Origin: Nitrospirales bacterium
GTDB lineage: Bacteria > Nitrospirota > Nitrospiria > Nitrospirales > UBA8639
Length of the DNA: 64,000 bases
NCBI GenBank assembly: GCA_965203295.1
Contig: CBDBCZ010000014.1
Location: 576,001 to 640,000 of the forward strand
Direction of reading: 5' to 3'
A program made the position numbers and the translations under genes. Below the pieces are notes generated by a model. The model was not told the DNA's origin and did not search any database. It was given only the letters and a program-made list of their open reading frames with translations. Shown in pieces: positions 24,154 to 37,596 of the stretch. Positions within the stretch are counted from its first letter, which is position 1, and each line of letters begins with the position of its first letter.

Positions 24154-27114
24154 CTACAAGGCCTCTGCCCAACTTTTGCTGCGAGAGAGCCTGGGGACAA
24201 AGCTACATAAACCAATGGCAGTAGAAACTACATCTACATACCAGTGTGAACAGGCGAAGTGTATTAGCAGCAGCACCAAGCCTGCAATTATTGACGGAGT
24301 TGCTGTCACAATGTACGCAATGCCCAAGAACAGGTTCCGTCCACCTAGCCAGGAGATCTCAGCAAGGAAGAGAGATTTGGTCCCTTTATATTCACGAACA
24401 GGGTAGTCTGCTGTAGGTTAAGGAAACTGGCTGATAACTTTAACTTACACTGTGCAAACAACTTTCAGAGATATACACATACCTGCATATGCACCTTAAG
24501 AATCTCAGTTTGAACTGGCTAAGTGATTTATACTAGCTAGATGCATGCTACATAGCTACCACACAGAGAGGAGCCAACATATACATCACCAGCAAATGGC
24601 TATCAAGCAAGGAGTCACTTAAATATCTTGTCCACTTCATTATGTACAAGAACTTTAGTAAGCTGTTTTAGCGATGACATCATGCTTCAAGTTAGACTAA
24701 TATGTGGCAGTCCCATGAACATTATTCTACCAAGATTGTCACTGCATTCAATGTCTTATATTGTTTATTTTCTGTTAATGGGTGGGGCTCAGATGCACAG
24801 TGTACATGGAACAACTACTGATGCAACGACACATAACATTTGAGCCCTACCCATAACAGTCACCGTGTTCTGCACTAATGTAGTGACATGATCAAATATG
24901 CAACTGAATACGTTCACTTTCCAACTAGGACCACAGTCATACACGCTAGCCTCCTCCCCATGCCTCAACCCAGTTTTAGTCACTTGCAGTATGAAATGTG
25001 GGGAGCTTAGGAACGAGGCCACGTACAATGTATACGACTATTGCATTAATATGAAGGATACTGTAAGTGAGAAAGATGGAGTCGTTTCCTGCAGGGAGAT
25101 TAATATCACTGGAACCACTCTCTTGCAGTCGGCCATACAGTTTGCGGAATTTTGGAAATGCTGACACACGAAACCAAACAATAAAGCTCTCGCTCTCCAG
25201 TCCCCCAGGAATTTCTGAAAGATCATACGGCCAGTTGGGGGGCATGGTGGTGTCAACAAGATCCTCAGGGCTGACCTCAGGGGCGCCGTTTGGGTTTTGG
25301 AAGCGAACACTACGGTCAGTATCCCAGGCAAAGTTGGTTCTATTACAGCAGGTCATGTTCTCACCCGTATCACGATTCATGAACATATCAAATGAGTCTA
25401 GAAGGAGAGACAAACACAATAATAATTTACACAGCCCACATACTTAAACTCAGACGTCTACATGAACAAGGACAAACTACACACAGGTGTGTTCAGGAAT
25501 TTTACTATGCACGCACGATCCACTCTAATCACTACATTGGAGTGCACAAAACATTGTGACTGTTCGCATTTTGCCAGATCTAGAAAAGCATTGTATTAAC
25601 ATTTTAAAAGTGAGATGGGCCATCACTGAAGATGCAGTATGGTGAAGCAAAAGTCATATACGTACATGTAGATATCTAGTAATCCATCAAAACCAAAATC
25701 TGCATTTGGCGTTAGAAATTTCTTTGGAAGGTTCGCTCCCACAATATTTGCTAGTAGACTCAGAGAGTCCATGCATTGTTTCTAGTGGAAATTCCACTCC
25801 ACTCACAACAAACAATCTACTAATTAATCCTGACCCTAAGTAAGCAAACTTGTTAAAGTATGCTCACCATTGAACAAGCTGTTTGCAATGAGTCCACAAG
25901 GTACAACAGGCATACGTGTGCCATTAGTGTTCTCAACATTCCGTATGGGGTTACAGTCACCGGAGGGGTTCAAGAAGCTCCCTCGATTTCCTCGCAGCTG
26001 TTTCACATCCCAGGAGTTGACGTAGCGACGGTGGTTCTGGAAGTAGTTGCCAAGACCATAGTACATGTACCATGGAGAGCGCAGCTCCTCCGGGACAGTG
26101 AAATTCACCCGGCAGTGGCAGTCTTCAAAATCACGCCTCTCAATGTTACTTAGAGCACTTATATTGGCCAGGTACTCGGAACACGTCTGGAAGTTACGTA
26201 TGAAAGGGACATCACTGGGAACTGGTTCACAATTTAGTATAGGGAATTTCCACCTCACATATCTGAGTATAGATGGGATAAAAAAAAAACAGTATACAAA
26301 AGCAATATGCAACAACAGCAGTGGAATACTAATATTATCAGTAGAAATTGGCTTGAGTCTTACTATAAAGTAACGCCACATACACATGTACATGTACATG
26401 CCAACAGGGTGATATATGTATGGCCAAGTGTACTGTTAGCTTAAAGCTACAGTGCTCAACGGGTATTCCCTATAGAGGACACCTTGTTTCCATGTGTGAT
26501 CTTAATTGAATCTCTATTATATAAAATTTTTATAGCTCTCCAAAATATGTACACATCGCCACTCCATATTTTCTGGCCTCAACAGTACCTACTACAGACT
26601 GTACAAACTTCACCGATAGTGCAGACTGTAAATCACCTACTATAGAGTAGGCGATTTGACGCTTCATCAACACTAATATTGATAGTGCTAGTCTCAGGGA
26701 TGGTACAGAGAACGAGGCTAAACTACCAGAGTTGGTTAGGCCAGTGCCCAAGATACAAGCCGGTTAGACCATGTCTACTGGCGGGCTGTAAAGTAAATAC
26801 ACACACAATCCCTCGGGTTTCACCCTTGGAATTACGTGATAATGCTTAGGATAAACCATGGTCTAAGTAACATGTAGCTCGTGGTTAATGGTTAAGACTT
26901 GACTGGTATAATTCAGAGGGCTCTTACTTGAATCTACATGTACATGCAAATAAACATCACTGTTATGTTAGGTCACTTACCCTCATTGCAACAACGAGAA
27001 AGGTAACTCCGAGAGCAAGGAAGATCACCCCAACAATGAAGAAGACAAAAGACACATGACGGGCTGTGAAGAGAGGACGGCACGCTGGAATCTGCTGCTG
27101 CACCCACTTGTTCT
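24154..27114 (-). pseudogene. TMEM30A: CDC50/TMEM30-like, copy B, frameshifted
   Basis: Inverted copy. A 1-bp insertion (tatactAaattgtga, ~26233) gives PYTKL* early in the second visible exon. Confidence 0.85.
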
Positions 27115-28378
27115 CTGAAGGAAAGAAAGGTATGACAGAACGGGTCAAGAACTACAAAGAACTTCTGTCATTTAGCAGACTAAAGTAACAACTTGAGACA
27201 GTAACTACAGTTGGGGCCTACTAGTAAGTGCTACCATAACAGGGGCCTGAGAGCTAGACATGCACAAGTGGAAGATGCTTTGCTTAGCACAGATACAGGT
27301 GTACAGCTCAACAAGTTGCAAGGACATGCTACTTAGTGTGCAGGGTTTCATACAGGATTCTTTGCTGGAGGGGGGAGACAAATAGTGAACAGACACACGC
27401 GAAATACGCAGCATGTACAGTACATGTATGGTCTTCTATGGGAAGGGGGGGGGGGGGTCTAAAAATGTTTGAAAAAATAGATGCCTAGAAGCGTATTGGA
27501 CTTTGGCTGCTAGTCCACTACCAAACACTTGTGTTCAAATCAATGGAATTTTTTACTAAATTCTTGGGGGTGGAGATCCTAGTGTACTGCCCTCTATACA
27601 AAACCCGAGTGTAATTTGTAAGTGATAACTGCTTATGAGCTGCCCAGTTGTGAGTACAACAGCAAATAATATTGTGGTGTCTGAGAACACTTGTGTTCAA
27701 ATCAATGGAATTATGACATTAAGAAGAGAGAGCTATATTGGAGCAGAAAGTTGAAGTATTGAAATCCACCAATGGTTAGCATAGTTTGAGGTGTGCTCAG
27801 AGAGCAGAAATTAGGCAGAAAAGACTAAGGAAACTGAAGAACATCTGAGGCAATTAGTAATTGATGAAGATCCCTTCAAAGAATGATGAGAAGGTTTGAA
27901 ACAATCACAGCGGGTTCACTCTGTTCACCTTCTTTCAGCCCTATTTAAACTAGGGCAGTCACACTTTGCTTTCTCTACTCCAGCAGCTCACGCTGACACT
28001 AATGTGGCTTTGCATGGCTATCACTGTCTGGATAGAACATGGGCTATGTACGTATCAATATAGTATAGGCTCTTAGTAGTAGGCCAAGTGTTGTATTTCA
28101 ACAGTGCAGATTGCATGAGTTTATAAGCCTATACATGATATATACATACATACATGTAGTTGTCAATACACAATTTCTATACATGTAATAGGCTAATCAT
28201 TTTAGGATACAATAATATATATATATATAGCATTGCAAGTAATATGCTGCAGTTTGCCTTCTGCATGATATGTACAGACATACATGTTACAGTTGGAATT
28301 GGCTGGGTCCTACTGGCAAGTGCTACTAGCGGGTTTAGTGGCTATATAAAGCTTGCCTACTGCTCCTCTGCCAAGGGG

Positions 28379-28452
28379 GCTCCAGTAGCTCAATTGGTAA
28401 GAGCATCTGACTAGTATTCAGAAGGTCCTGGGTTCAATCCCCAGCTGGGTCC
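28379..28452 (+). tRNA. tRNA-Thr(AGT)-like, copy B
   Basis: Same sequence as copy A, TATATAAA at 28343-28350, TTTTT after the 3' end. Confidence 0.7.
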
Positions 28453-29191
28453 CGATTTTTATGTGTAATAAGCTAATCAATTTAGGATACAGTAATATAA
28501 TTATAGCAAGTAGTATGCTGCAGTTTGCCTTCTGCAGCATTAATTGCATCGCACACTATGTGCTATCTCATACTGTGCTGTGCTATAATTAAAGTATTCC
28601 CAAGTATTACACAGAGGGACTAATCATGGACACATCTTGACTCAGCCGCTGACTCATTACTGTACACGCTAGGATGTCCTGATCATTAAAGCCATCCATA
28701 GAACTAACAGTTGCTGGCCAAATCATCACTAGATCCAATCCATCCTAATAACATTGAATCATCATTGGTCAAAACAGAGAAGCAGCCCAGAAGACTCCTA
28801 CCTGTGTACGTACCTCCAAGTGAACCTGGCCAAATACAACATGTACTAGCATATCTTTGCATGGTGGAAAACCTGACTCCTTGATTACTACACAAGAACG
28901 TGTCCTACTTTCCAAAAGAGAAAAGGTGCTGGATCCCATAACACCTTCAACGGAAAGTGAAATAGAATTCAAAAGGAAAGTTAAGCATTCATTGAATGCA
29001 GATATGCCTTTACAGACAAGGAAGAGGAACTGCTGTGGAGTTCCACAATTTATCGCATGGGCTATAACTGGTACTATTACAATAAGTTGGGTGAAATGCA
29101 CTGTGCAAATACCATAGATTAATCATAACATTATAGGCAAACATGTTATCTGCATGACATGCAGTGCACAAAATCAACTCAGTATACACAC

Positions 29192-32100
29192 CTTAAACCG
29201 ATGGCTTGACTGTGACTGAGCTGGAGGGTTCTTCCTATAGGAAAACAGTAATTGTTCTGCAGGATTCACAATCTTTCTCTAAGTAATACAAAATGGACAA
29301 GCTAGCTTGCTGTATGTGCCTGTATTTAGCCAACAAGTGGAATACATGTACTGGTAGGCTGGCGAGTTACGATAATCCTGTTTCGCAACTTACAGCTGCT
29401 AACAAGTCGGATAATTGTAGCTTCGTGATTCTAGTCTCCACTGCTAGCTTCAATTTCTTCGCACCAACACATACTTGACAAAAGTGGAGACTGGAAATGA
29501 GGTTACTTTCGCTATATTTTTTTAGCTCTTGGCCTGACCTGTTACTTAGCAGAGACTTGGGAGTTTAGCAGATCTTACTTTTAACAGTTGTGGTACAGCA
29601 ATATGCAAGTGTGGATGTTATGTATACACACCCATTTTACCTTAGACATGCATATACGTATGTATGTGCATACCTTTTGCAACTTTTAGCACTTCTTTTG
29701 CGTGGAGAATATCTCACTCCAAGAGGAGTCACTGTGTGGCTTCTGTGCTTCTTTAGTCCAGGAGCTGATCTGCTACCCTGCACTACTTGCAAAATGCGCT
29801 CGGCTTCAACTTCAAGACACACATAGCTCTGCGAGAAAAAGAAATAGTCCAGGCACTTACTAGATAATTGTTCTATACTTGCAGTGGAGTACTATAATGT
29901 ATTATGTATGTAAATCCAATCAATAGTTACTGTAGATGAGCTTTTAAATTAAACATAATGTGAACATAAATGTGTAGCAGGGGTGTAAGAATGGCCTTTG
30001 ATAGAGCTAGCCAGATCACCTAAAGCTATTCGTTTCACTTGCACAAAATATTGCAGAGGAGAAAGGTCAATCGGACCGAAGATATCCCAAGAGTAGATGC
30101 TGTAGTTATGTTCCTAATTGAACATGAAGGATGGTAAGCTGGTTCGGCTGCCGCAGTCAGTGAAAGATTTGATGAAGCGTTAAGTTAAATTATCAAAGCG
30201 TTAAGTTAAATTGTCAAGCTGAACTTGACAATTGAATTGTTACTATGTATTGTTTTATCAATTTTGTTTCATTGTATTGTTGCAATACATTCTGCACTTA
30301 TTGCACTATAACATTAACATAAACTATTTAAAGAAAATTTAAAAATCGTTTTCCAAACATGCTAATTGGAATTTCCTCACAGGAATTGGAAGTGGTGCAA
30401 TGTGATTTACGCTTCATTTGCTGTAGGTTGTTGGTCTTCTCAGCACTTGTTTCAATTCTTTCATGAAGACAACATCCATGCTATTGCAAGAGGTACCATT
30501 TAACACAAGTGTATGGCACTACAATGAGCATGCCACTAGAACGATATGTTGTATATGTACTGCAAACCTCATCTTTATCTCTCACACTTGCAACATTAAC
30601 AGACAGTTGCTCACAGATGGAGTCTACCACATCATCATCTGAGCAGAAATAAAGGCAGACTAAAAGCTGCTTTGAAAATACATTGATACTAAACACAGCA
30701 GTAAAATCCCCAGAAAGTAGTTAAAGCTGCAGTTTCAGACACCGAGATAGTGTAATGGCCTGCATGGTTCTAGTTTAAAACTGTGGCCTTGCACGCTCAG
30801 GTGCAATATCATAGTAGAATATGGGAAAGCTGCTGCTCCTTTGTGAAAGAGACAAGAACATCAGTATAAACTTTGTACAATGTACAATTCATTTTGGGAA
30901 CCGGTACAATACGAACATTATGTATGGCTTATTACATTCATCACTGTGGAAAACAGCTAAGTTATCAAAATGTTTGCATTTCTGTAAATAATTCACGATA
31001 TTCAGCTACGTAAGCCTTGCTCTTAGTCTCAACTTACTTTGCATATACGTAGTACAACACACTACATACTACGTATGTGCAAAAAGCTGGGGAGTGGAGA
31101 CGAGAATGAGGCTATAGCTAGCTACATATAGCACACACACACACACCTCTACATACCAATCAAGGGGGGTGCTCTCAGGTCAAGCACTATGAGACATGTG
31201 TTCACTTTCAGTACTTCCAGAAGACTGACTGCCCCATCAGTAGTGACACCACAGGACTGGATCTATGGCTGGGAGTTACAGAAGTAATTGTACCATCATT
31301 ACAGGCATAACTGTATTGAATTTACAATCCTGTACGTAAATTACACAAGTGACTGTATAAGATATGATTGGATCTACAATGTATGAATGTGCACACTGTA
31401 CGTAAATGTTTTTTTCCACCTCACTGCTTCCCAAAGAGCTTGACTTCTTTATTTGGACTGCCACATTAAATAGATGATAATTATTCTACGACTACCCACA
31501 TCCAGATGAAACCATAGAGAAGGTTGGAAGAAGCTAACCTACATGTACGTACATACCTCTGAGGCACACATCATCTCTGAGTGCTTCCGCAAACTCCTGT
31601 GCACCTTTATCACCAATGTCAACGTTGAGATTTAGTGTAGCTCTGTGCAGACCTGGTATCTTTTCCAGTTTGAGCTTTTATGATCGGAGGCTTCACTTTG
31701 TCTGTGCAGGCAATGTTGCTGCAGAAATAGTAAAGGTGTAGTAAATAAATGTAGCCTCATACCCGGATAGACCTATTACCACCGTAGTAATGTATCTGAG
31801 ATGTATATCAGTACATATACGTATATACAATCTCATTACTACGTAGCTACACGCAAGAAGTTCCTTCCTTCATTACAGCAAGAAAAATAGGCTTCTTAGG
31901 CTTCTCTCCAGTTCAATTCAGTGACAGCTTTAGTCCTTGTTTTGTAAGGCATGGTACCATACACAGGAAGAGCAACTAAAATGTGACTTCCAATCTTTTA
32001 AAAGCCACTCTGGATACCTGTCTGCCAATCCCCCTTGAATAGATCTATCATGAAGTCATTCCGTTATATATCAGTATATGCAGTGATGTATATACTGCAA

Positions 32101-32698
32101 AGCACAAGCTTAATTAGTGTGATCATAGATAGTAGAGTAGAAGGACTTCCTATCCTTCTACTCTACTATCTATGGTGTGATAAAAAGTATCTATTATAAA
32201 CATACCTACACAGCAGTCAATCAACTGGAAGCTTTCTGCTTATGCTGTACACAAAGCTGCCCTGTGCAAATGTACATCTATCCTCGCTCCCAGGCCCTCA
32301 CTTCATTTGGTTGCATGAAGGCTAGCATAATATACTTGTAAAAAGTCACTGGATTAATGGAGGTACTGTCTAACTACATGTATTGGTGTACTGACCACTA
32401 TTTACAGTACCATAGACAAAGGGTCTAATTACATACCAAGGCTTCTCACAGTTGGGTAAAGTCTTTCCTCCCATTTGTCTATGAAGACAACAGTATGCAG
32501 TGCCTTGTTGATCTGTAAAGCAGTCAGAAGTGGGTGCCAGTCGTTTCTCTTAGCCTTGAAGACCCGACAACTCAGCACTCCTTCCTTGGCTCCACTGCGG
32601 ATACTGGCTATAGGACACGTGTCCTCCAGGGCACACAGACTTTCATAGTAAGCTACAAAGTCTTCAGCTCCTCGCTGACGAATGCAAACAGCCTCCAT
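29192..32698 (-). pseudogene. CEP78: CEP78-like disrupted gene, copy B
   Basis: Inverted near-identical copy of 2165-5673 with the same shared lesions. It lacks the 2-bp insertion that A has at ~3230. Confidence 0.85.
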
Positions 32699-35600
32699 CT
32701 AAGGATGGAATAGCAATTTCTGATATAGAGAAACTAGCTATACCGTACCATGCACAAGCTGCTCTGAATATAGTTAACTCCCTATAGCTACATGTACGTA
32801 TACTAGATGTATTTCTTTCTGGTAGGTTTAGATTAGTAGCTGCATTGTCTTGCAAGTACATGTAAACTGCTGCTTCAATGGATTATGAAAGAAGTTCAAG
32901 CACCTATTTCACAACATATATGTGAATAAGAAGGTGCTTTGCACTCATTTTGATAAACAAATTGTGCCAAAAATTAAATGTAGTTGTTGCAAGTCTGTAC
33001 TAAAATGACAGTAGAAGAAATGGTGGGGCTAAGATCTTTATTTAATGTGACAATATAAAGCCCCTCAGAAGGTTATAAACAGAATGCTATTCAAGTCTTC
33101 CATCAAACATCTTTAGTGACATACTCTATGAATTTGTGTGCAACATGTGGCCGTAAGTAAAGTACAAAGATCTCTGCAGGCAGGCTTGGGAAAGAGGCTA
33201 GCAGTGTATTAAAGGTATACAAGGGTCACCAACACCTTCAGGTGCAGGGAGCAGTAAGTGCAGTGTCTGGAGACACTGGCCATAGAGCTGCATATGGGAC
33301 GTGAGTTCAAATCCTGGTTCAGCAAAAGCCCAATGAAGGTTTGGAGCAGCTATGGTACAGGGCTGGGTGTTTCCCTCTTGCTGTGGAAACTGGTACATGT
33401 ACATACGCCATATCAGCTTCCCACAGTGTTTCAGATACCATTTTTATAACCCAATTTGGTATCTTTCACGGCTGATTAAGCATTCCAGTACACTAATTAA
33501 ATGCTGCAGCTACAAGTATAGGCAAATCAGGATTCTAGAGGTCTGGCAAACAAAGAAAGTTAGGATTGTCTCTATGATATTATAGAATCTGTAGGTGAAG
33601 GCTACACCAACATGTGGACAGCAAAAGTAGCAAGATCGCTCTAAAGTCAGTAGGCATTGTTTGCCCGAGTGCACTTCTCCCTGAGTGAATCAGGCAAACA
33701 AACCAATCATTTTGTAATGATCATCAACCTTTGTACTCCCCTAACACTAAGTGTCTTTGGCTATCCATGGTATTTTGCTCTAGGTGGATAAACCATTGTG
33801 GAATAATTTATTGAGTCATACAAGTTCCAGTTGTAATGGTTTACAGCTGCTGATGATGTTGCTGCTGATAATTTTCCTTATGGACACCCTAAAGCTTCCC
33901 TACTACACTCACCAAATATGCAGCATGTGCAGTCAGTCAAGAAAGCCACACCTCTTCGCAGTCGCATGCACTGCAGCAACGCAAGACCGTACTAGCGTGA
34001 GACGCTACACAAACGCTTAGCATGCACGTGAGAACCCAGCTCCTCCTGTATAACACATTTTACGCAATTAAAATCAGATGATCTGGAGTGGCCCTGATGT
34101 AGCCTCGTTCCCAGGCCCGCGCCATTTTCGGTTACACGAAAGATGTGACTTTCCTTCGTGCAACCGAAAAAGTCGCGGGCCTGGGAACGAGGCTAGCCCT
34201 GATGCGCCACTGGTTTCAAGGCAGTTCATGGATTATAATTTACTGCAATACTGTAAGCGATCCCCAAGTTGGTAGAAGTTGGAGCTAGCTAGACTAACGT
34301 GCTACCATAGATAGTAGAAGTTATCTATGGTGCTACGTACCTTGACTCTGGTTGCTGTAGTTTGCAGCAGAGATACTAATAATACCTTTGTTTGCAGCTT
34401 TAGTCAAACTCACTTCCCCGCCCCCCAAAAGAAAACAAAAAACAAACAAAAACAAAGACCCGGCAATGATAAGTGAGACTTCGACCTGTTCGCGTCTACT
34501 GCCATACCTCTCATTTCATGTATTATAGGAATCGAGAACGCGACAAGGAACCGACAGCTAGCTAAGGAACCACGAAGTAATAAATGCGGGGGCGGGCACG
34601 CTACGATATGCGCCGTGCGCGTCCATGCTTTTCGCGCCAGCTCACGCAGCTCTTGACTGCGCAAGAAAGTTGAACTCTCTAGAATTAAAGTACTACTACA
34701 GAAGAATGAAGTCTCTATTCAAGGAACAGGGAGGTTATAGGTATTATCAAATAATTTGTAGCAAGACCTGACAGTTCCCAATTTATGCCCCACCAGGTAG
34801 TTTCACGAGTTCACATGAAACAGTAATTGATTGTAGGTATCTATCAATAAATAAGAGTAAAATGGAAGCGGTAACATACAAGAAAGATTATAGAAGTCTG
34901 TCAACATTAAGGATTCTGAAGCATCTTGAAGAGGAGTATATATATCGTTATAAGGCCAAACAAACTTTCATCACAGCCTCTAGTTTACAGGGAGAATGGA
35001 GAGGAACCAAATTCCCAATTTCATTTCCACCTCTAATTAATTGTACACATTACTTTTCTTGTGTTTGCCTTTAGTGATTGCTGAAATGAAACATAGGTGG
35101 GAGATAATTAGTCACACAGAACACAACTTCAATAAGCAAAGTGGAATGAACCATATATAAGGAGCAATGTAAGTAACTATGCCTCATATTGACAGCCAAC
35201 TTTGAGATCAGTGTATTCCTAGCAGAGAGAATTGGGGAAGTTACTGCTTCCCAATTAATTGCCTACTCTGACAGAGTGCACACATTAATCTTCTTTAGAG
35301 ATAGCAGATATGTGGGAATAAACAAATTAATGTATGCAGTGCACAATCGTAATATGCTGCTCTAGAAGGAACTGTGTAAAAAACAGCGTAAGTAAAACCG
35401 TACCCATGACAGTCTACTTAGAGATCACACAAAGTCAGGCAAGATATTCCTAGCTAATTAGGAATCTGCCAGAGAGAATGGAGAGGAACCAGCTTCCCAA
35501 TTCCATTCCCCACTCTAATTAATTGTACACGTTACTTTTCTTGTTTTTGCAAAATGTTACTTCAAAGTTTGCAAGCAGAAAACATAAGTGGAAGATAACT

Positions 35601-36932
35601 AATTTAGTTACACCTAACACAACTTCCACAAGAAGTCGTGGAATGAACCATCTAAAAGGCACTGGAACAACAAACAGAACAAAATGTGAGGAAAAGTAAA
35701 TAACACAATCTCAGTAAGCTTCTCTAGAAGGAACCATGTAAGGAACCGCACCCCTGACAGCCCACTTTGTGATAACACAAAGCTAATTGAGAATCTGTCT
35801 CTTTACTGCAAAGATACCAACAGCACAGCCTCTAACTACCGGAGAGAATGGAGAGGAATCAGCTTCAAATTCAATAAACCCACTCTAATTAATGACACAC
35901 ATTACTTTTTTGTGTGTTCGCACAATGTAACTTTAGAGATTGCAGGCAGGAAACAGGTGGGGGATGATTAGTCTCACAGAACTTGAAGGAATAATCTACG
36001 GAGCAAAGTAAGGAACCGTGCCTCATATTGACAGCCAACTTTGAGATCAGTGTATTCCTAGCAGAGAAAATTGGAGCAGTTGCTGCTTCCCAAATAATTG
36101 CCTACTCTGGTAAGTGCATGCTTTACTCTCCTCATGTTAACACAATGATTCTTTAGGGAAAGGAGACAGGACAAATGTAAAAAAAGCAAGTTATGCAGTA
36201 AACAATTGCAGTAAGCTGCTTTAGAAGGAACCGTAAGGAACCGTACCGCTGACAGCCCACTTTGAGATCACACAAAGTCAGGCAAGGTATTCCTAACTAA
36301 TTGGAAATCTGTTTCTTTATTGCAAAGATACCAACAGCACAGCTTCTAGCTACCAGAGAGAGCGGAAAGGTACCAGCTTCGCAATTTCATTCTCCACTCT
36401 AATTAATTGTACACATTACTTTTCTTGTGATGGCAAAATGTTACTTCAGAGATTGCAGGCAAGAAACCATAGTTAGTACTCTACAATCTATGACAAAACA
36501 TAGGACGTGGGGGAAATTAGTCACATGCACAGAACACAAATTCGATATGTAACCGTGGAATGTACCATCTAAAAAGCACAGTAGTAACTGTGCCTCATAT
36601 TGACAAGAAAGATTATAGACGACTGCCAACATTAAGGAGAAGCATCTAGAAGAGGAGTATATCGCTATAAGGCTAAACAAACTTCTATCACAGCCTCTAG
36701 CTGCCAGGGAGAATGGAGAGGTACCAATTTTCCAATTTCATTTTCAACTCTAATTAATTGTACACATTACTGTTCTTGTGTTTGCCTTTAGTGATTGCTG
36801 AAATGAAACATAGGTGGGAGATAATTAGTCACACAGAACACAACTTCAATAAGCAAAGTGGAATGAACCATCAATAAGCAACCGTTGAAGGAACGTCTAA
36901 GGATCAAAGCATAGATCAAAGTAAGGAACCGT

Positions 36933-37593
36933 TGTCACAGTAAATTTGATCGCTCGGAAATTCGATCGCGGCGACAGAATTTACTAGGAAATACTATCGC
37001 CGAGCGATTCAATTTACTAGGAAATACGGTAGCGCCTAGGAAATATTATCGCACGCTAGCTTTGCACCTTCCCAGCACTCAGTGTACATGGCATAGTCTC
37101 GTGGATTTTGATCTATGTTCAAACGTTCCCAGGCCACAATCAGGGCTTACCCCCGCTTTCCTTGCGGGCTGGGAAAGACTAATGTAAGCGCAGGGTACTG
37201 GCTGCCAAATTCGAGACTCCATACTAGTATAGTAGCCTGCTGGGTTATCCAGCGCTCAGGAAGTCTCTACTCTTCATGTTTAGCTGACTGTTGACTCATA
37301 ATGCGATGTGCATGAATAAAGTGTACATGTTGTATACAGAAAACTTATGTTACAGTGCTGGTACGCATGACAGGTGTGCAAAACCATTACTGCTTAAATA
37401 CAGCTTCTGGTATTTTTGCACAGGATTCGTGAAACCATTTTCCACACTTGCTGCACATGCGTTCTTCTCCATTGTCTGGCAGCCAGCATGAACAGTAAAC
37501 GCCCACATTCTCACTTCCGATGGGCGTTCCTGCTCGGATCGTCTGGGGCGGGAATGGTACCAGCTTTCCGTCCTTTAAGAAGCATACTCTTTA
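36933..37593 (-). mobile_element. Ginger-like transposon fragment (end 2) with PHD-finger coding remnant
   Basis: CCGT (36929-36932) followed by TGTCACAG... TIR. The minus strand at 37367-37590 encodes a PHD-like peptide. Confidence 0.78.
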
Positions 37594-37596
37594 GAA

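Larger units (their letters stand above)
18814..35362 (-). repeat. Segmental duplication copy B (inverted; right arm of palindrome 1, left arm of palindrome 2)
   Basis: Reverse complement of 1-15681, plus a 365-bp insertion (23200-23564) and ~490 bp that copy A lacks. Confidence 0.97.

Noticed and set aside
25836..26399. 187-aa ORF (and 54828-55391) as an intact CDC50 isoform
   Set aside because: Its N-terminal part is intron sequence brought into frame by the +1 insertion. It lacks TM1 and the true acceptor frame stops.
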